Shown in pieces: positions 54,314-63,072 of a DNA stretch of 64,000 nt. The notes below the pieces were generated by a model. That model saw only the letters and a list, made by a program, of their open reading frames with translations. It was not told the origin of the DNA and did no database searches. Positions within the stretch are counted from its first letter, which is position 1, and each line of letters opens with the position of its first letter. This DNA comes from a virus (lineage: Duplodnaviria > Caudoviricetes), in the IMG/VR virus record IMGVR_UViG_3300025936_000020, positions 10,142 through 74,141 of that record, one strand, 5' to 3'. The translations under genes were made by a program, and so were the position numbers.

Positions 54314-54940
54314 ATGAAACCAGTAATCATTGGAGCAATTGGAGGGACCACGCCAACGGACGGTGCGAACCGGCTAATCAATTTGAGCGAACCATACATC
54401 GCTGAAGTGCAGCTAAAAGGCATCGCGGATCTTTTGTTTCACCGATGGAATTGCGAGGCCGTGGCAGAGAAGGCGGCATCCAAGAAAGGATCAAAGCAGA
54501 GAAAAACTGACGATTTGGAAACGTTCGTTTATCGCAATGAACAAGGACTTCTCTGTCTTCCTCACACTTACTTGCGATCATCCATCGTGAATGCGTCCAA
54601 GTTCAGGCAAGACCCGCGTAGCACTCGAAAAAGCGCGATGGATCTTTTCAAGGCGGCAATTGTTGTTTCGCCTCCGTTGGCAACACTTGGAGTGAAGGAC
54701 TGGGATTATGAACATAGATGCCGCGTAACGATTCAGCGCAGTTCGATTACGCGATGCTTCCCAGCCATGCGAGCAGGGTGGACAGTGACGTTTCACGTTC
54801 AGGTCAATTTACCGGAGTACGTCGATGCAGATGCTTTGTTGGAAACGGTAGCGATGGCTGGAAGGCTAATCGGGTTCGGTGATTTCAGGCCGACCTATGG
54901 AAGATTTGCGGTTGTGGGTTTCAAAATCCTGACCGCTTAA
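54314..54940 (+). CDS. Solitary RAMP/Cas7-like RNA-binding protein
   Basis: LCLPHTYLRSSI (cf. RAMP PxxP.SS.KG..R) and C-terminal glycine loop GRLIGFGDFRPTYGRF; opposite strand to flanking virion genes. Confidence 0.7.
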   Translation: MKPVIIGAIGGTTPTDGANRLINLSEPYIAEVQLKGIADLLFHRWNCEAVAEKAASKKGSKQRKTDDLETFVYRNEQGLLCLPHTYLRSSIVNASKFRQDPRSTRKSAMDLFKAAIVVSPPLATLGVKDWDYEHRCRVTIQRSSITRCFPAMRAGWTVTFHVQVNLPEYVDADALLETVAMAGRLIGFGDFRPTYGRFAVVGFKILTA

Positions 54941-54943
54941 TGT

Positions 54944-55081
54944 GCTGGGCTGGGATCGGTCTTGTTCTGCTGCGATTAGATCGGTCTTTGATGTGATGTG
55001 TTCGGGTGGATTACGTTGGGATGGGCTGGATTTTTGCTTGGCTCTGATAGGATATGCTGTGCTGGGCTTCCGTCTGATCAC
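54944..55081 (+). repeat. 5-nt-periodic array: three blocks of 9 x (G-N-Y-N-N) + 1 nt
   Basis: 27 pentamers; position 3 is pyrimidine in 27/27, position 1 is G in 24/27; blocks start at 54944, 54990, 55036 (46-nt period). Confidence 0.85.
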
Positions 55082-57396
55082 TGTTCAGCCTTGGCAATAT
55101 CCAACCCAATCATCGAAAAACAGGCGCCACCGCCGCGGCCTCTAATTGCCAAACGATAGCTGAGAAACCTACCGCGCACGGCGGCATTGAAATAACCGGG
55201 CATCGAAGCCCGCGTGTTATTCGCGTCGTGCTGGGCTTCCGAAAATTCCGTGAGGCATCTGAGCGGGACCCCATTATCCGTCGTCATGTCCGGATTGACG
55301 ATTCGAAGGTTCTTGAAGCGCATGCAGGAGGCCTCCGCTCCGTATCCAAGCCATCCGAGCAGTGTGCTCGGCGTGGTCTGAGGTTCGGCCTTGTACTCGA
55401 CCTTCAGCCCTTTGCATACTTTCTCCTGATCGAGCCCGACGTTCTCGGCGCCGCTCTGAAGTATCGTGTCGTACGGGTTCAGGACGTAGAGCGAATTCTC
55501 AATCATCTCCCGGTAATAAAGCCCGTCGGCGTATTCCTTCAGCGCCCGATCCACAGCGCTGGCCATGACGAATCGCTTGATCCCGACGCAGCCTTTGCAA
55601 AAATCCTCCGGGTATTTGTTGGCCAGTACCGCGCAGAGTGATTCCGGACTTGCCGGCAGATCGGGATTCTCAGTCTCGTTCCAGATGCTCGTCGGGCTGG
55701 ACGTGGGCTCCACGTCATCAGACGCCGGGTCGCCTTCCTTGATCGTCGGCGGCATTTCGCTGCGGTCGCAGACGCCGAGTTCAACCAGCCAATCAGCAAC
55801 GGTCGGGAGCCGGTCAGATTCATAAACGCAGAACGCGGTGAAGCCGTGATCCACCAGGTCCGCTGCCTCCTGCCCGCGCGTCAGGTTGAAAACCACGGAC
55901 ACGTTCGGGCAGAGGTTTTCATCGGTCGGCCACGAAAACCAAAGCTCTTTCAGGATCGCGTTGTAGCCGCCGGTGACCAGATCGCACTGGTCGTTGTTCA
56001 GGATACCGTAGGTCGTTTCGAACTGGTCGATGCCCTCGAAGATCAGCTTGCTGGTGGCGCGCATCCAGGGGACTTCAATCGGGTTGGCGTCGGACAGCGT
56101 CATCAGCATCAGCTTGTCGGCGGACAGATAGAAATGCTCGGTGCCGGTGTTGACCAAGCTGAACTTGTATTTCAGGGCGTCCTGCCCGCGATAGATCTGC
56201 TCGAAGTTGAACGTCTCGCCGGTGGAAACCAGGGAGCCGCGGTGAATCGCCTGGTCGGAGTAGAGATAGATGTAATCCCCCAGCACTTCCATGCGGAGAA
56301 TGCGTTCTCCCGATCCGATGTCCTGGAATCCGGCCAAAGAATCGGTTGTCGGAATGAAGCTGATCGCATTCTTGAAATCGCTCCAGATGACCCGGTGCGG
56401 GAAATAAGCCCCGTCCTGCTCAACGTCGGCCAGAAACATGAAGCCCTTGAACTCGCACACGCATCCGACCTTGGTCACGTTCAGGTCCTGCAGGTCAGGG
56501 ATCGGTCGCGCGCTCCACAGATCGCAATTGCTTCCGTCTCCAGGTTGCGCCGAATCGTCGAAATACCAATACAACGGCGGATCGAATTCGTTAGTGAACA
56601 CCATGATCGAATCCAGCTGCGCGGAGAGAAACCGGCGCTGGGAGCAGCCCGCGCAATCCAACGCCGGATCCACTGTTCCCCCCAACCCGTCGGCCAGGAT
56701 CCGCCAGTTGCCCGTGCGCTCGTTCAGCGCGTACAAGCGGCTCTTGGTTCCAGCCAACAGCTTGCGGAAATTTCGCGGGCTCCTGAACTCGGCGAGGTAA
56801 GTGATGGCTTCACGGCAGCCAGAGCGCAAGAGCGGGACATCACCGCAGTAATCGGAGGTGTAACCGAAGACTGGATCGTAAATGCCCACGTAGGGCCCGT
56901 ACGGATACCCTGGCAGATCATAGCCCGGGGCCCCCATGTGGCACATGGTCCTGTAGTACGCGAACGGCGGGCCTGGGTAGAAGAAGTAGGCCCAGCAGGC
57001 GTTAGGGGTAAATCCAAGGTTGTATCCGCCCGTGTACGGGTTCCCGAGATGATTCAGGCTGTCCGCAGAGAACAGGCTGAAGCCAGCGTGATATCCGGTT
57101 GGATGATAGTACGAGTAGGCGTAATGGTCGAACTGCCCACCGCCGCTGAGGAAGGCTGAATACCCCAAATAATATTCCTGAAGGTCGATCAGCTGATCGT
57201 GCAGGTCCCAATTGTTCGAGCCGTAATCGGTGAAGAGTTTAGTCCATCCGCCACGCCGGCATCTTCGTCCGATCGCGCGAACTGACGCGTTCTTAACGAG
57301 GACGAAACTGCCCGCCGAAACGTCGTCCGGAAGTGACCGTACATCGAACAGGCCCGAAAGGGGTCGTACGGGGACTAGCCTGTATTGGGATGGCAT
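55078..57396 (-). CDS. Tail tubular B / stabilisation protein (beta-propeller-like)
   Basis: 772 aa; VIWSD...F.P, LGDYIYLYSD, ELWFSWP, RGRFLSYRL; position in the podovirus-like order. Confidence 0.7.
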   Translation of the reverse strand: MPSQYRLVPVRPLSGLFDVRSLPDDVSAGSFVLVKNASVRAIGRRCRRGGWTKLFTDYGSNNWDLHDQLIDLQEYYLGYSAFLSGGGQFDHYAYSYYHPTGYHAGFSLFSADSLNHLGNPYTGGYNLGFTPNACWAYFFYPGPPFAYYRTMCHMGAPGYDLPGYPYGPYVGIYDPVFGYTSDYCGDVPLLRSGCREAITYLAEFRSPRNFRKLLAGTKSRLYALNERTGNWRILADGLGGTVDPALDCAGCSQRRFLSAQLDSIMVFTNEFDPPLYWYFDDSAQPGDGSNCDLWSARPIPDLQDLNVTKVGCVCEFKGFMFLADVEQDGAYFPHRVIWSDFKNAISFIPTTDSLAGFQDIGSGERILRMEVLGDYIYLYSDQAIHRGSLVSTGETFNFEQIYRGQDALKYKFSLVNTGTEHFYLSADKLMLMTLSDANPIEVPWMRATSKLIFEGIDQFETTYGILNNDQCDLVTGGYNAILKELWFSWPTDENLCPNVSVVFNLTRGQEAADLVDHGFTAFCVYESDRLPTVADWLVELGVCDRSEMPPTIKEGDPASDDVEPTSSPTSIWNETENPDLPASPESLCAVLANKYPEDFCKGCVGIKRFVMASAVDRALKEYADGLYYREMIENSLYVLNPYDTILQSGAENVGLDQEKVCKGLKVEYKAEPQTTPSTLLGWLGYGAEASCMRFKNLRIVNPDMTTDNGVPLRCLTEFSEAQHDANNTRASMPGYFNAAVRGRFLSYRLAIRGRGGGACFSMIGLDIAKAEQ

Positions 57397-57406
57397 CGCA
57401 CGCGGA

Positions 57407-58072
57407 TCAGGTTTTTATGTAGGCGACCAGTGCGATGAACGGCGGGAGATTGTTATGCGCATTGTTGGCCGTGCCAGTTCCAAGCGGGATGTCCGTGTTG
57501 GTTATGTCTGCGCCGTCATGGACGTGCCCGCCGATTTGCACTCCGTTGAGCGTAAGGTCATGCAGGTTTTCGGTGGAGTTCCCGCCGTCGCATTTGTTCA
57601 TATTCGCGCTGGTCACAGTCAGCGTGCCAGGCCGGGCTTCGAGTGAAGTCAGGATGTGCGTTTCCTCTCCGCCAGTGTCGCCGACGTTCTGAGTACTTTT
57701 TTTGCCGACGATGAATTTACCTTCGATGTTCGGCACGTTGAACGTGGTTACACCGTCGCCGGCGCCGAATGTCGTTCCGATGACTGAAAACAGAACAGGG
57801 TTTTCCGCCCTGGAAACCGGCTGACCGTTGCATTGAAACCAGCCGGTTGGAGTAACCGTGCTGGCCCGCCAGAGAACCATTCCGGCGGGAATTATCTGCG
57901 CGTCTTGTTTGAACGCGTCCGACAACGTGCCGTCTGGATTCAGCATCCAAGTAAAGAAATCACAGAGCGTCTTCGGCATCTTCAGGAAGACGGCCAGAAG
58001 GCGGTCGCAGAGGCTCGAAGTTCCCGAAGGGACCAGGGCGCAGAACTCGGTTGGTTTGAGCGGGCTCGGCAT
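57407..58072 (-). CDS. Tail collar domain protein
   Basis: PTGWFQCNGQ.VSR...LFSVIGTTFGAGDG.TTFNVPN..G.F...GGEETH.LT..E...HNNLPP. Confidence 0.85.
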   Translation of the reverse strand: MPSPLKPTEFCALVPSGTSSLCDRLLAVFLKMPKTLCDFFTWMLNPDGTLSDAFKQDAQIIPAGMVLWRASTVTPTGWFQCNGQPVSRAENPVLFSVIGTTFGAGDGVTTFNVPNIEGKFIVGKKSTQNVGDTGGEETHILTSLEARPGTLTVTSANMNKCDGGNSTENLHDLTLNGVQIGGHVHDGADITNTDIPLGTGTANNAHNNLPPFIALVAYIKT

Positions 58073-58073
58073 A

Positions 58074-59849
58074 TCAGTTCGTTGTCACGCTGTTCCCGGC
58101 GATAATCAATGCGGATTTGTCCGCAGTACCTTGGCCGCTAGGACCTGCGGCTGTTCCGCCGGAGGTATCAATCGTCGCCGATGTCACTCCGCTGGCGATG
58201 CCGCGAGCAAGGATGTGATTCACGGACGCTGCGCTCAGGGCGTTGTTGTCGAAGGAGTACGTTCGACCGTTCGACATGATGAAGCTGGCGAGATTCACGG
58301 TGACGAGCGCTCCGTTGGGGAACGGACCAGGGCAATCGATGTTTCCACCGACAAAGGTCAACACCGGCGCGCTGAGCGTGACCATGTTGGGTATCAACTG
58401 AAGGTTGAAATCACCGACCAGGATGGCGGTCAGCGAGGGCAGGATGGCTGAGGGCATGGCTGACTGGGCCAAGCTGAACTCTAGATCGACTTTTATGAGG
58501 CTGTCCAGATTGAACGAGCCAAGCGTCGTCATTCCGTCGAGGAATACGTTTCCGCGAAAACGGAGCATACCGCGCAGATCCAGCGATGTGACGGCCGGCG
58601 GGTTATCCGCACCGAAATCTCCGAACGCCATCATCCAGGTCGGATGACTCACAGCGCCGGTCTCGAGGAAGAACATATCCTTGACCGCGCAGCCTTCGTT
58701 CGAAAACTCTGATTCAACATCGCCCGTGACGCCGCGGACTTTGTAGCAAAAGATGTCCATGCTCGCCATCGGTGTGGTGTCCGTGAAAGTCGTGAGGTTT
58801 CCAGCAACCGAACCCACCATCGCGAACGCCCCGCCGTTGACGCTCCTCCAGATCTCGTAAGTCTCCGGTTCCGTGCCTTCGGGCTCCCAGTTGATGATTT
58901 TGTTGCTGGACTCCGAGTTGATGTCCATTGTCATCACCGGGGCATCCAGCTCCACCGGAGCGGTAGCGCTCGATGTCGCGCAGGACTCCCCAATCTGCGT
59001 CGGGTAATTGTTGTCCGGATAGATCTGCACCAGCTCGGACAGGTCCAGGCCTTCAACGCAAACCCGGGTCGCGCGCGGCTTCAGGTCCTGCTCCTCGCGG
59101 AAGATGATGTCGCCGGCTTTCATCCGGTAATCGGCGTAAAGCCTGTCAGCGGTGGCCTGGTCTTTGTCTACGCGCCGGGCGACTTCCGATTCAACGTAAC
59201 AGGCCACGGCGTCCTTCAGATCGTCGTCGTCTGGCACGTAATCGTTGTCCAAGTAGGATCTCCGGATTCCCCGCCAGTGAACCCCGACCACGTACCCGCA
59301 GGGGAACCTCGGGAACAACCAGATCTTCTGGTTCGGTCCAACGGCGAAAAACTTCTCTGACAGCTTGAACCCGCAGTCGTCTTCAGGCGTAGCCGCAAGA
59401 TAAGGCGGCTGGCAGCCCGTGTTCCCGGAGACGTAATCCCCGCAATAGTACGGGTTCGCCACGTAGAGCGACGGCTCTGAAAACATCGATTGCCCGCAGC
59501 AGCATTGTCCGGTCTGATGACAGCGGCAGTGCTCGTAAAGGCAGGAGAGTTTCTCCAACGACGCCGAATCGTAGAAATGGCGCTGGCACCGGCAGGAGGG
59601 CTTGAAGGCGTACACCGCACCGATCCTTCCGCGGCATCCCTGGAGGATGGAAAGGCCGCAGTCGTCCCAGGACTGGTCTTTGTCGTAGAAGTTGACGTTA
59701 ACAAGTTGATACGACTCGACGAAGGTCTGGAGCTGAATCAGCGCATTGACGATGAAGTTCCGGAAAAGCGGGACCCTGGTTTCCGCTTGGCCGTCCGGAA
59801 ACACCAGCGTGTTGATCGCCGTCCTGAACGCGCTGAAGGTGATCATCAT
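58074..59849 (-). CDS. Head-tail adaptor-like protein fused to FN3 and LRR/receptor-L-like repeats
   Basis: Cys-rich N-half; FN3-like NW...YEIWRS...FTD...YKVRG; L..L..V.G.F repeats. Confidence 0.6.
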   Translation of the reverse strand: MMITFSAFRTAINTLVFPDGQAETRVPLFRNFIVNALIQLQTFVESYQLVNVNFYDKDQSWDDCGLSILQGCRGRIGAVYAFKPSCRCQRHFYDSASLEKLSCLYEHCRCHQTGQCCCGQSMFSEPSLYVANPYYCGDYVSGNTGCQPPYLAATPEDDCGFKLSEKFFAVGPNQKIWLFPRFPCGYVVGVHWRGIRRSYLDNDYVPDDDDLKDAVACYVESEVARRVDKDQATADRLYADYRMKAGDIIFREEQDLKPRATRVCVEGLDLSELVQIYPDNNYPTQIGESCATSSATAPVELDAPVMTMDINSESSNKIINWEPEGTEPETYEIWRSVNGGAFAMVGSVAGNLTTFTDTTPMASMDIFCYKVRGVTGDVESEFSNEGCAVKDMFFLETGAVSHPTWMMAFGDFGADNPPAVTSLDLRGMLRFRGNVFLDGMTTLGSFNLDSLIKVDLEFSLAQSAMPSAILPSLTAILVGDFNLQLIPNMVTLSAPVLTFVGGNIDCPGPFPNGALVTVNLASFIMSNGRTYSFDNNALSAASVNHILARGIASGVTSATIDTSGGTAAGPSGQGTADKSALIIAGNSVTTN

Positions 59850-60373
59850 GGCATTGGAGAAGGAGCAGGAGCGGCTGGAGCAGGTGGCGGCGGTGAAAGC
59901 GAAGAGGGCGCCCTTGGGATTCGGCCGACTTTCGGCTTCGTAAACTGGCTAGGTGTCGCCAGAGGTTCAACCTTCTGCTGGCTGGCCTGCTGCTGCGCGT
60001 GCCCGGGCCCTGCAACCACGGTCGGCTGCCCTGGAGCAATCCCGCTAACGACGGCGGCTGCGCCCGCAGCACGAATGGCTTGCAGTTGCTGGAATGGGAT
60101 CGGCCCCAGCACTTCCCGGTCCTTGGGCTGCGATGAGCTCGAAGATTGCTCCGAGGCTTTTTTTTTCTCAACCCAGGTCCCGTACTCCTCCGCGCCCAAA
60201 GCAACGACTCCGCCGACGTGCATCTTCACCGCCTTGTCCAGCTCGGTGATGAGGTATTGGTCTTCGGTGGCAAGAAGTCCATAATCGCCGCCAACGCTTT
60301 CAAACGGGGCCTTCGCGCCGTTTGGGAGATATAAGGGGCGTGTTAACTTTTCCTTTAAGAAGAATCGACTCAT
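59846..60373 (-). CDS. Hypothetical virion-region protein with Pro-rich tail
   Basis: Coupled to the adaptor gene. Confidence 0.6.
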   Translation of the reverse strand: MSRFFLKEKLTRPLYLPNGAKAPFESVGGDYGLLATEDQYLITELDKAVKMHVGGVVALGAEEYGTWVEKKKASEQSSSSSQPKDREVLGPIPFQQLQAIRAAGAAAVVSGIAPGQPTVVAGPGHAQQQASQQKVEPLATPSQFTKPKVGRIPRAPSSLSPPPPAPAAPAPSPMP

Positions 60374-60389
60374 GTGTGGACTGTCCTAC

Positions 60390-61214
60390 TTATGGAGGCG
60401 GAGGGCAAGAGGGGAGTTTGCGCCAGCCTGTTGCTTCTGTGGCAGATTTTCTCTGATGATCCTCATACCAAAGCGGCTGTGTGTTCGAGCAATGAAATGC
60501 CGCTCGCTGACCTTCGAGCGTGCTGAGATCGTGGGTGTCTATTGGCGTGATGTGATCGATCTGCCAGGTGCCAGCTCCGATGCCGAGATTTTCCCATGTC
60601 ATTCCCGGCTGAAATTTGGATTCGAGATGAGCCTTGAATTCCTCGCGGGAGCAGCCGAGCAGGCCAATCGTCGTGTCGCGCTTTAGTTCACCGGCTAGAG
60701 CTTGGTGAATTCGAGTGGCCATCAGGCAGCGAAGCCTGAACACCGGATCGGATTGCACCCTGTTCCTCTTTGTGTCCCTAGCAATCTGACGGTGTTTATC
60801 GGGATTGGCGAGTTGCCAAGCCTTGTTGGCAGCCAACCTTTTCGCCCGATGCTCTGCGTCGTTTTTGTAGTGCTCGCGCGCTCTGCGGTTGTCACAGTCT
60901 GGATCTTTAGCCAGTCGCCTTGCGCGCGCGGCTTGCTGCTCAATGCGCCGCTGTTCCTGTGTGAGTGCGGAGTATCGGCGGCGACACGCCTCCTTGTTGG
61001 TTCCAGGATGTTCGTCGCGATATCGCTTTGTATCAGCCTTCAGCTTCTCCCGATTCTTGGCGTAATACTTCTGGTTGTATTCGCGTTTTCGGGCGCCCTC
61101 CGAGTTTTCCGTTTCGGCGGGAGGCGCGTTGTTTCCTGGTGGATTTTGAACGGCCCCCGGCAAGTCCACCAAGTCGGCCAAGGGCAACTGCGTGTGGGTT
61201 TTTTCGCATAACAT
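60390..61214 (-). CDS. HNH-like endonuclease with N-terminal helical repeats
   Basis: LLGCS...HLE.KF..GMTWEN.G..WQIDHI.P...FH.SNTQPLW; start placed at ATG 61214 from the promoter position. Confidence 0.8.
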   Translation of the reverse strand: MLCEKTHTQLPLADLVDLPGAVQNPPGNNAPPAETENSEGARKREYNQKYYAKNREKLKADTKRYRDEHPGTNKEACRRRYSALTQEQRRIEQQAARARRLAKDPDCDNRRAREHYKNDAEHRAKRLAANKAWQLANPDKHRQIARDTKRNRVQSDPVFRLRCLMATRIHQALAGELKRDTTIGLLGCSREEFKAHLESKFQPGMTWENLGIGAGTWQIDHITPIDTHDLSTLEGQRAAFHCSNTQPLWYEDHQRKSATEATGWRKLPSCPPPP

Positions 61215-61221
61215 CGCAAGG

Positions 61222-61250
61222 ATGTTAATAACCCAAAGCGCTGCTGTCAA
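61222..61250 (-). promoter_or_regulatory. Sigma70-type promoter of the HNH gene
   Basis: TTGACA (61250-61245)-17 nt-TAACAT (61227-61222). Confidence 0.65.
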
Positions 61251-61262
61251 TGGCTGATTCAC

Positions 61263-61288
61263 AAAAAAGCCGGGCTGTTAACCCGGCT
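61263..61288 (-). terminator. Rho-independent terminator after the capsid gene
   Basis: AGCCGGG-TTAACAG-CCCGGCT then T-run on the minus strand. Confidence 0.8.
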
Positions 61289-61318
61289 GTGTACCGTCAA
61301 ATAATCAGGCCCAAAGAC

Positions 61319-63025
61319 TCAGTACGTCGAATACAAATCGTAAGGCAAAGGTCCTGTCCTGCCGGTACTTACAGGCTTTATGCTTGCGAAGTTTTCCAAC
61401 ACGAGGTGGTTCGCTGGGCATTCGACTACGGCGGTCCAAGTCGTTGAGTTCAAGGTGACTGTGGACGTTGGCCGTTCCATAACGCAAGCGAATGCTTCGT
61501 CAATTCTTGCGAGATCATTCAGGGCTCCACTCGTAAATTGCTTTCGATTTGAGCCGATGATACCCGGGTAAACTCCAGCCCAGTCCAAAATAAACATAAA
61601 ACGGCCAGAGCCCTCCATTCCAGCGGTCGTGGCTGCCGCAGCCAGGTCGTCAAAATAAAAGTGGGAAATCATATTGATTGTCACACCCTGCGGCCAAAGG
61701 AGCCTGTACGAATTCCACTTCATGCCGAGCTGCTCCATCTCTCCTGGCGTCACGTTGACTTTGATCGTTCCGCTGCCGTACTGGGACTTGTAATAATCGA
61801 TCATGGCCAGCTCGAACAGGTAGGCCGTTGTCGAGTCTGTGAGGATGTCCACCGAATGCGTGTCCATCGCCGAGCCCATGTTGTCGCGGTTGCGGATGAG
61901 CTGATAGATCTGGTCGAAGAATTCCAGGAGGTTCAGCACCTGGCCCTGGAGGTCATAGACGCGGTCGCATTCGAGGAGCTGTTCGTAGACGCCGACGGCA
62001 TTGGCGCGGAACCCTACGCATCGTCCTTCGGACCCAGGCAAATAGAGATCGCCACTGGCATAGGTGGATATTTCAGGAAGCGAGCGGTAATTCGAAAGCG
62101 TCTGGTTGGTGTTGAGGCGCGTGTTCCAGAAAAAGCTGTTGAGCCACTCGCGCTGCGCGATTTCGCCCAACTGCCGGTTGCGTTCCGCCATCGGCACATC
62201 GCCGAAGATCCGGAAATATTCGTTGTTCTTGATGAGCCGCGCGAAAGTCTCTTCATAGAGCTGGTCCGAGCAGAGCGTGTAACGGCTGGTCTGAATCCAG
62301 AACGGCACGCGCTTGTTCGGGTTGAGCGCCGGCCGGTTATGGCACCATTGCTCAAAATCGTTGATGTTATTCGTTCCGCGAACGAGCACGCCTCGGGTCG
62401 GAACATTGGTCGTGTTGATCGAATTGTACGAAGCCGAGCTGCGGCCGGTTGCCGTGACGGCAAGGACGCTCGTGCCAGCGAACGTGGATGCCACCGCCTG
62501 AGTGATCTGCCAGGCCGTGCGCGCCGATGAACCGCCGGCCGTGCGCGAAGCGATGTAGATGTAGTTATCGACCACGAACCATTGCGGATCCAGCTCGATG
62601 GCATTCCGGTTGATGACGTAGAACGTCGCCGATGTCGTGCTGCCGGTTGACCCGATGACTTCCCAAAACTCGGCGTTGATGATCGATTTCTGGCTGGCGA
62701 GAATGAATGGCTGGATTTCGTCGAAGCCGCCGCGGACGGTTTGTTTACTGATTAGCTTGCCCATCGGCTTGGCGTTTGCCATGAGCAAATCGTAGAGACC
62801 GTTGACGCGGGCGCCGCACATTTTGAGCTCGAGCTGCGTCGTCAGCAGCGAACTCATGTCCCGAAAATTTCCGGCACCGTCCGTGAAGATTTGGGCCAGG
62901 ATGGCCGGGGTTGCGGTGACGATGGAACACTTGGTCAGCGTTCCGCAGGAGGAGAGGGACGTCCCAATGGCCGGCAGACAGCGGCCGTGCGAACTGGTGG
63001 AAAAGATATTGGCGGCGATCGACAT
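61319..63025 (-). CDS. Probable major capsid protein
   Basis: 568 aa; follows a scaffold-like gene, has its own terminator, upstream of adaptor/tail genes. Assignment mainly positional. Confidence 0.65.
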   Translation of the reverse strand: MSIAANIFSTSSHGRCLPAIGTSLSSCGTLTKCSIVTATPAILAQIFTDGAGNFRDMSSLLTTQLELKMCGARVNGLYDLLMANAKPMGKLISKQTVRGGFDEIQPFILASQKSIINAEFWEVIGSTGSTTSATFYVINRNAIELDPQWFVVDNYIYIASRTAGGSSARTAWQITQAVASTFAGTSVLAVTATGRSSASYNSINTTNVPTRGVLVRGTNNINDFEQWCHNRPALNPNKRVPFWIQTSRYTLCSDQLYEETFARLIKNNEYFRIFGDVPMAERNRQLGEIAQREWLNSFFWNTRLNTNQTLSNYRSLPEISTYASGDLYLPGSEGRCVGFRANAVGVYEQLLECDRVYDLQGQVLNLLEFFDQIYQLIRNRDNMGSAMDTHSVDILTDSTTAYLFELAMIDYYKSQYGSGTIKVNVTPGEMEQLGMKWNSYRLLWPQGVTINMISHFYFDDLAAAATTAGMEGSGRFMFILDWAGVYPGIIGSNRKQFTSGALNDLARIDEAFACVMERPTSTVTLNSTTWTAVVECPANHLVLENFASIKPVSTGRTGPLPYDLYSTY

Positions 63026-63072
63026 AAGGTTTTCGGGAGCAAAGACGGGTTTATCCCGTCAAAATGCTTACC

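Noticed and set aside
54944-55081. CRISPR array next to the Cas7-like gene
   Set aside because: No 23-47-bp identical repeats with unique spacers here or anywhere else I could see in the window.
54942-55145. 67-aa ORF (MLGWDRSCSAAIRSV...) over the periodic array
   Set aside because: Its composition is a by-product of the 5-nt periodicity; the +1 phase resets and lack of an SD argue for RNA rather than coding function.
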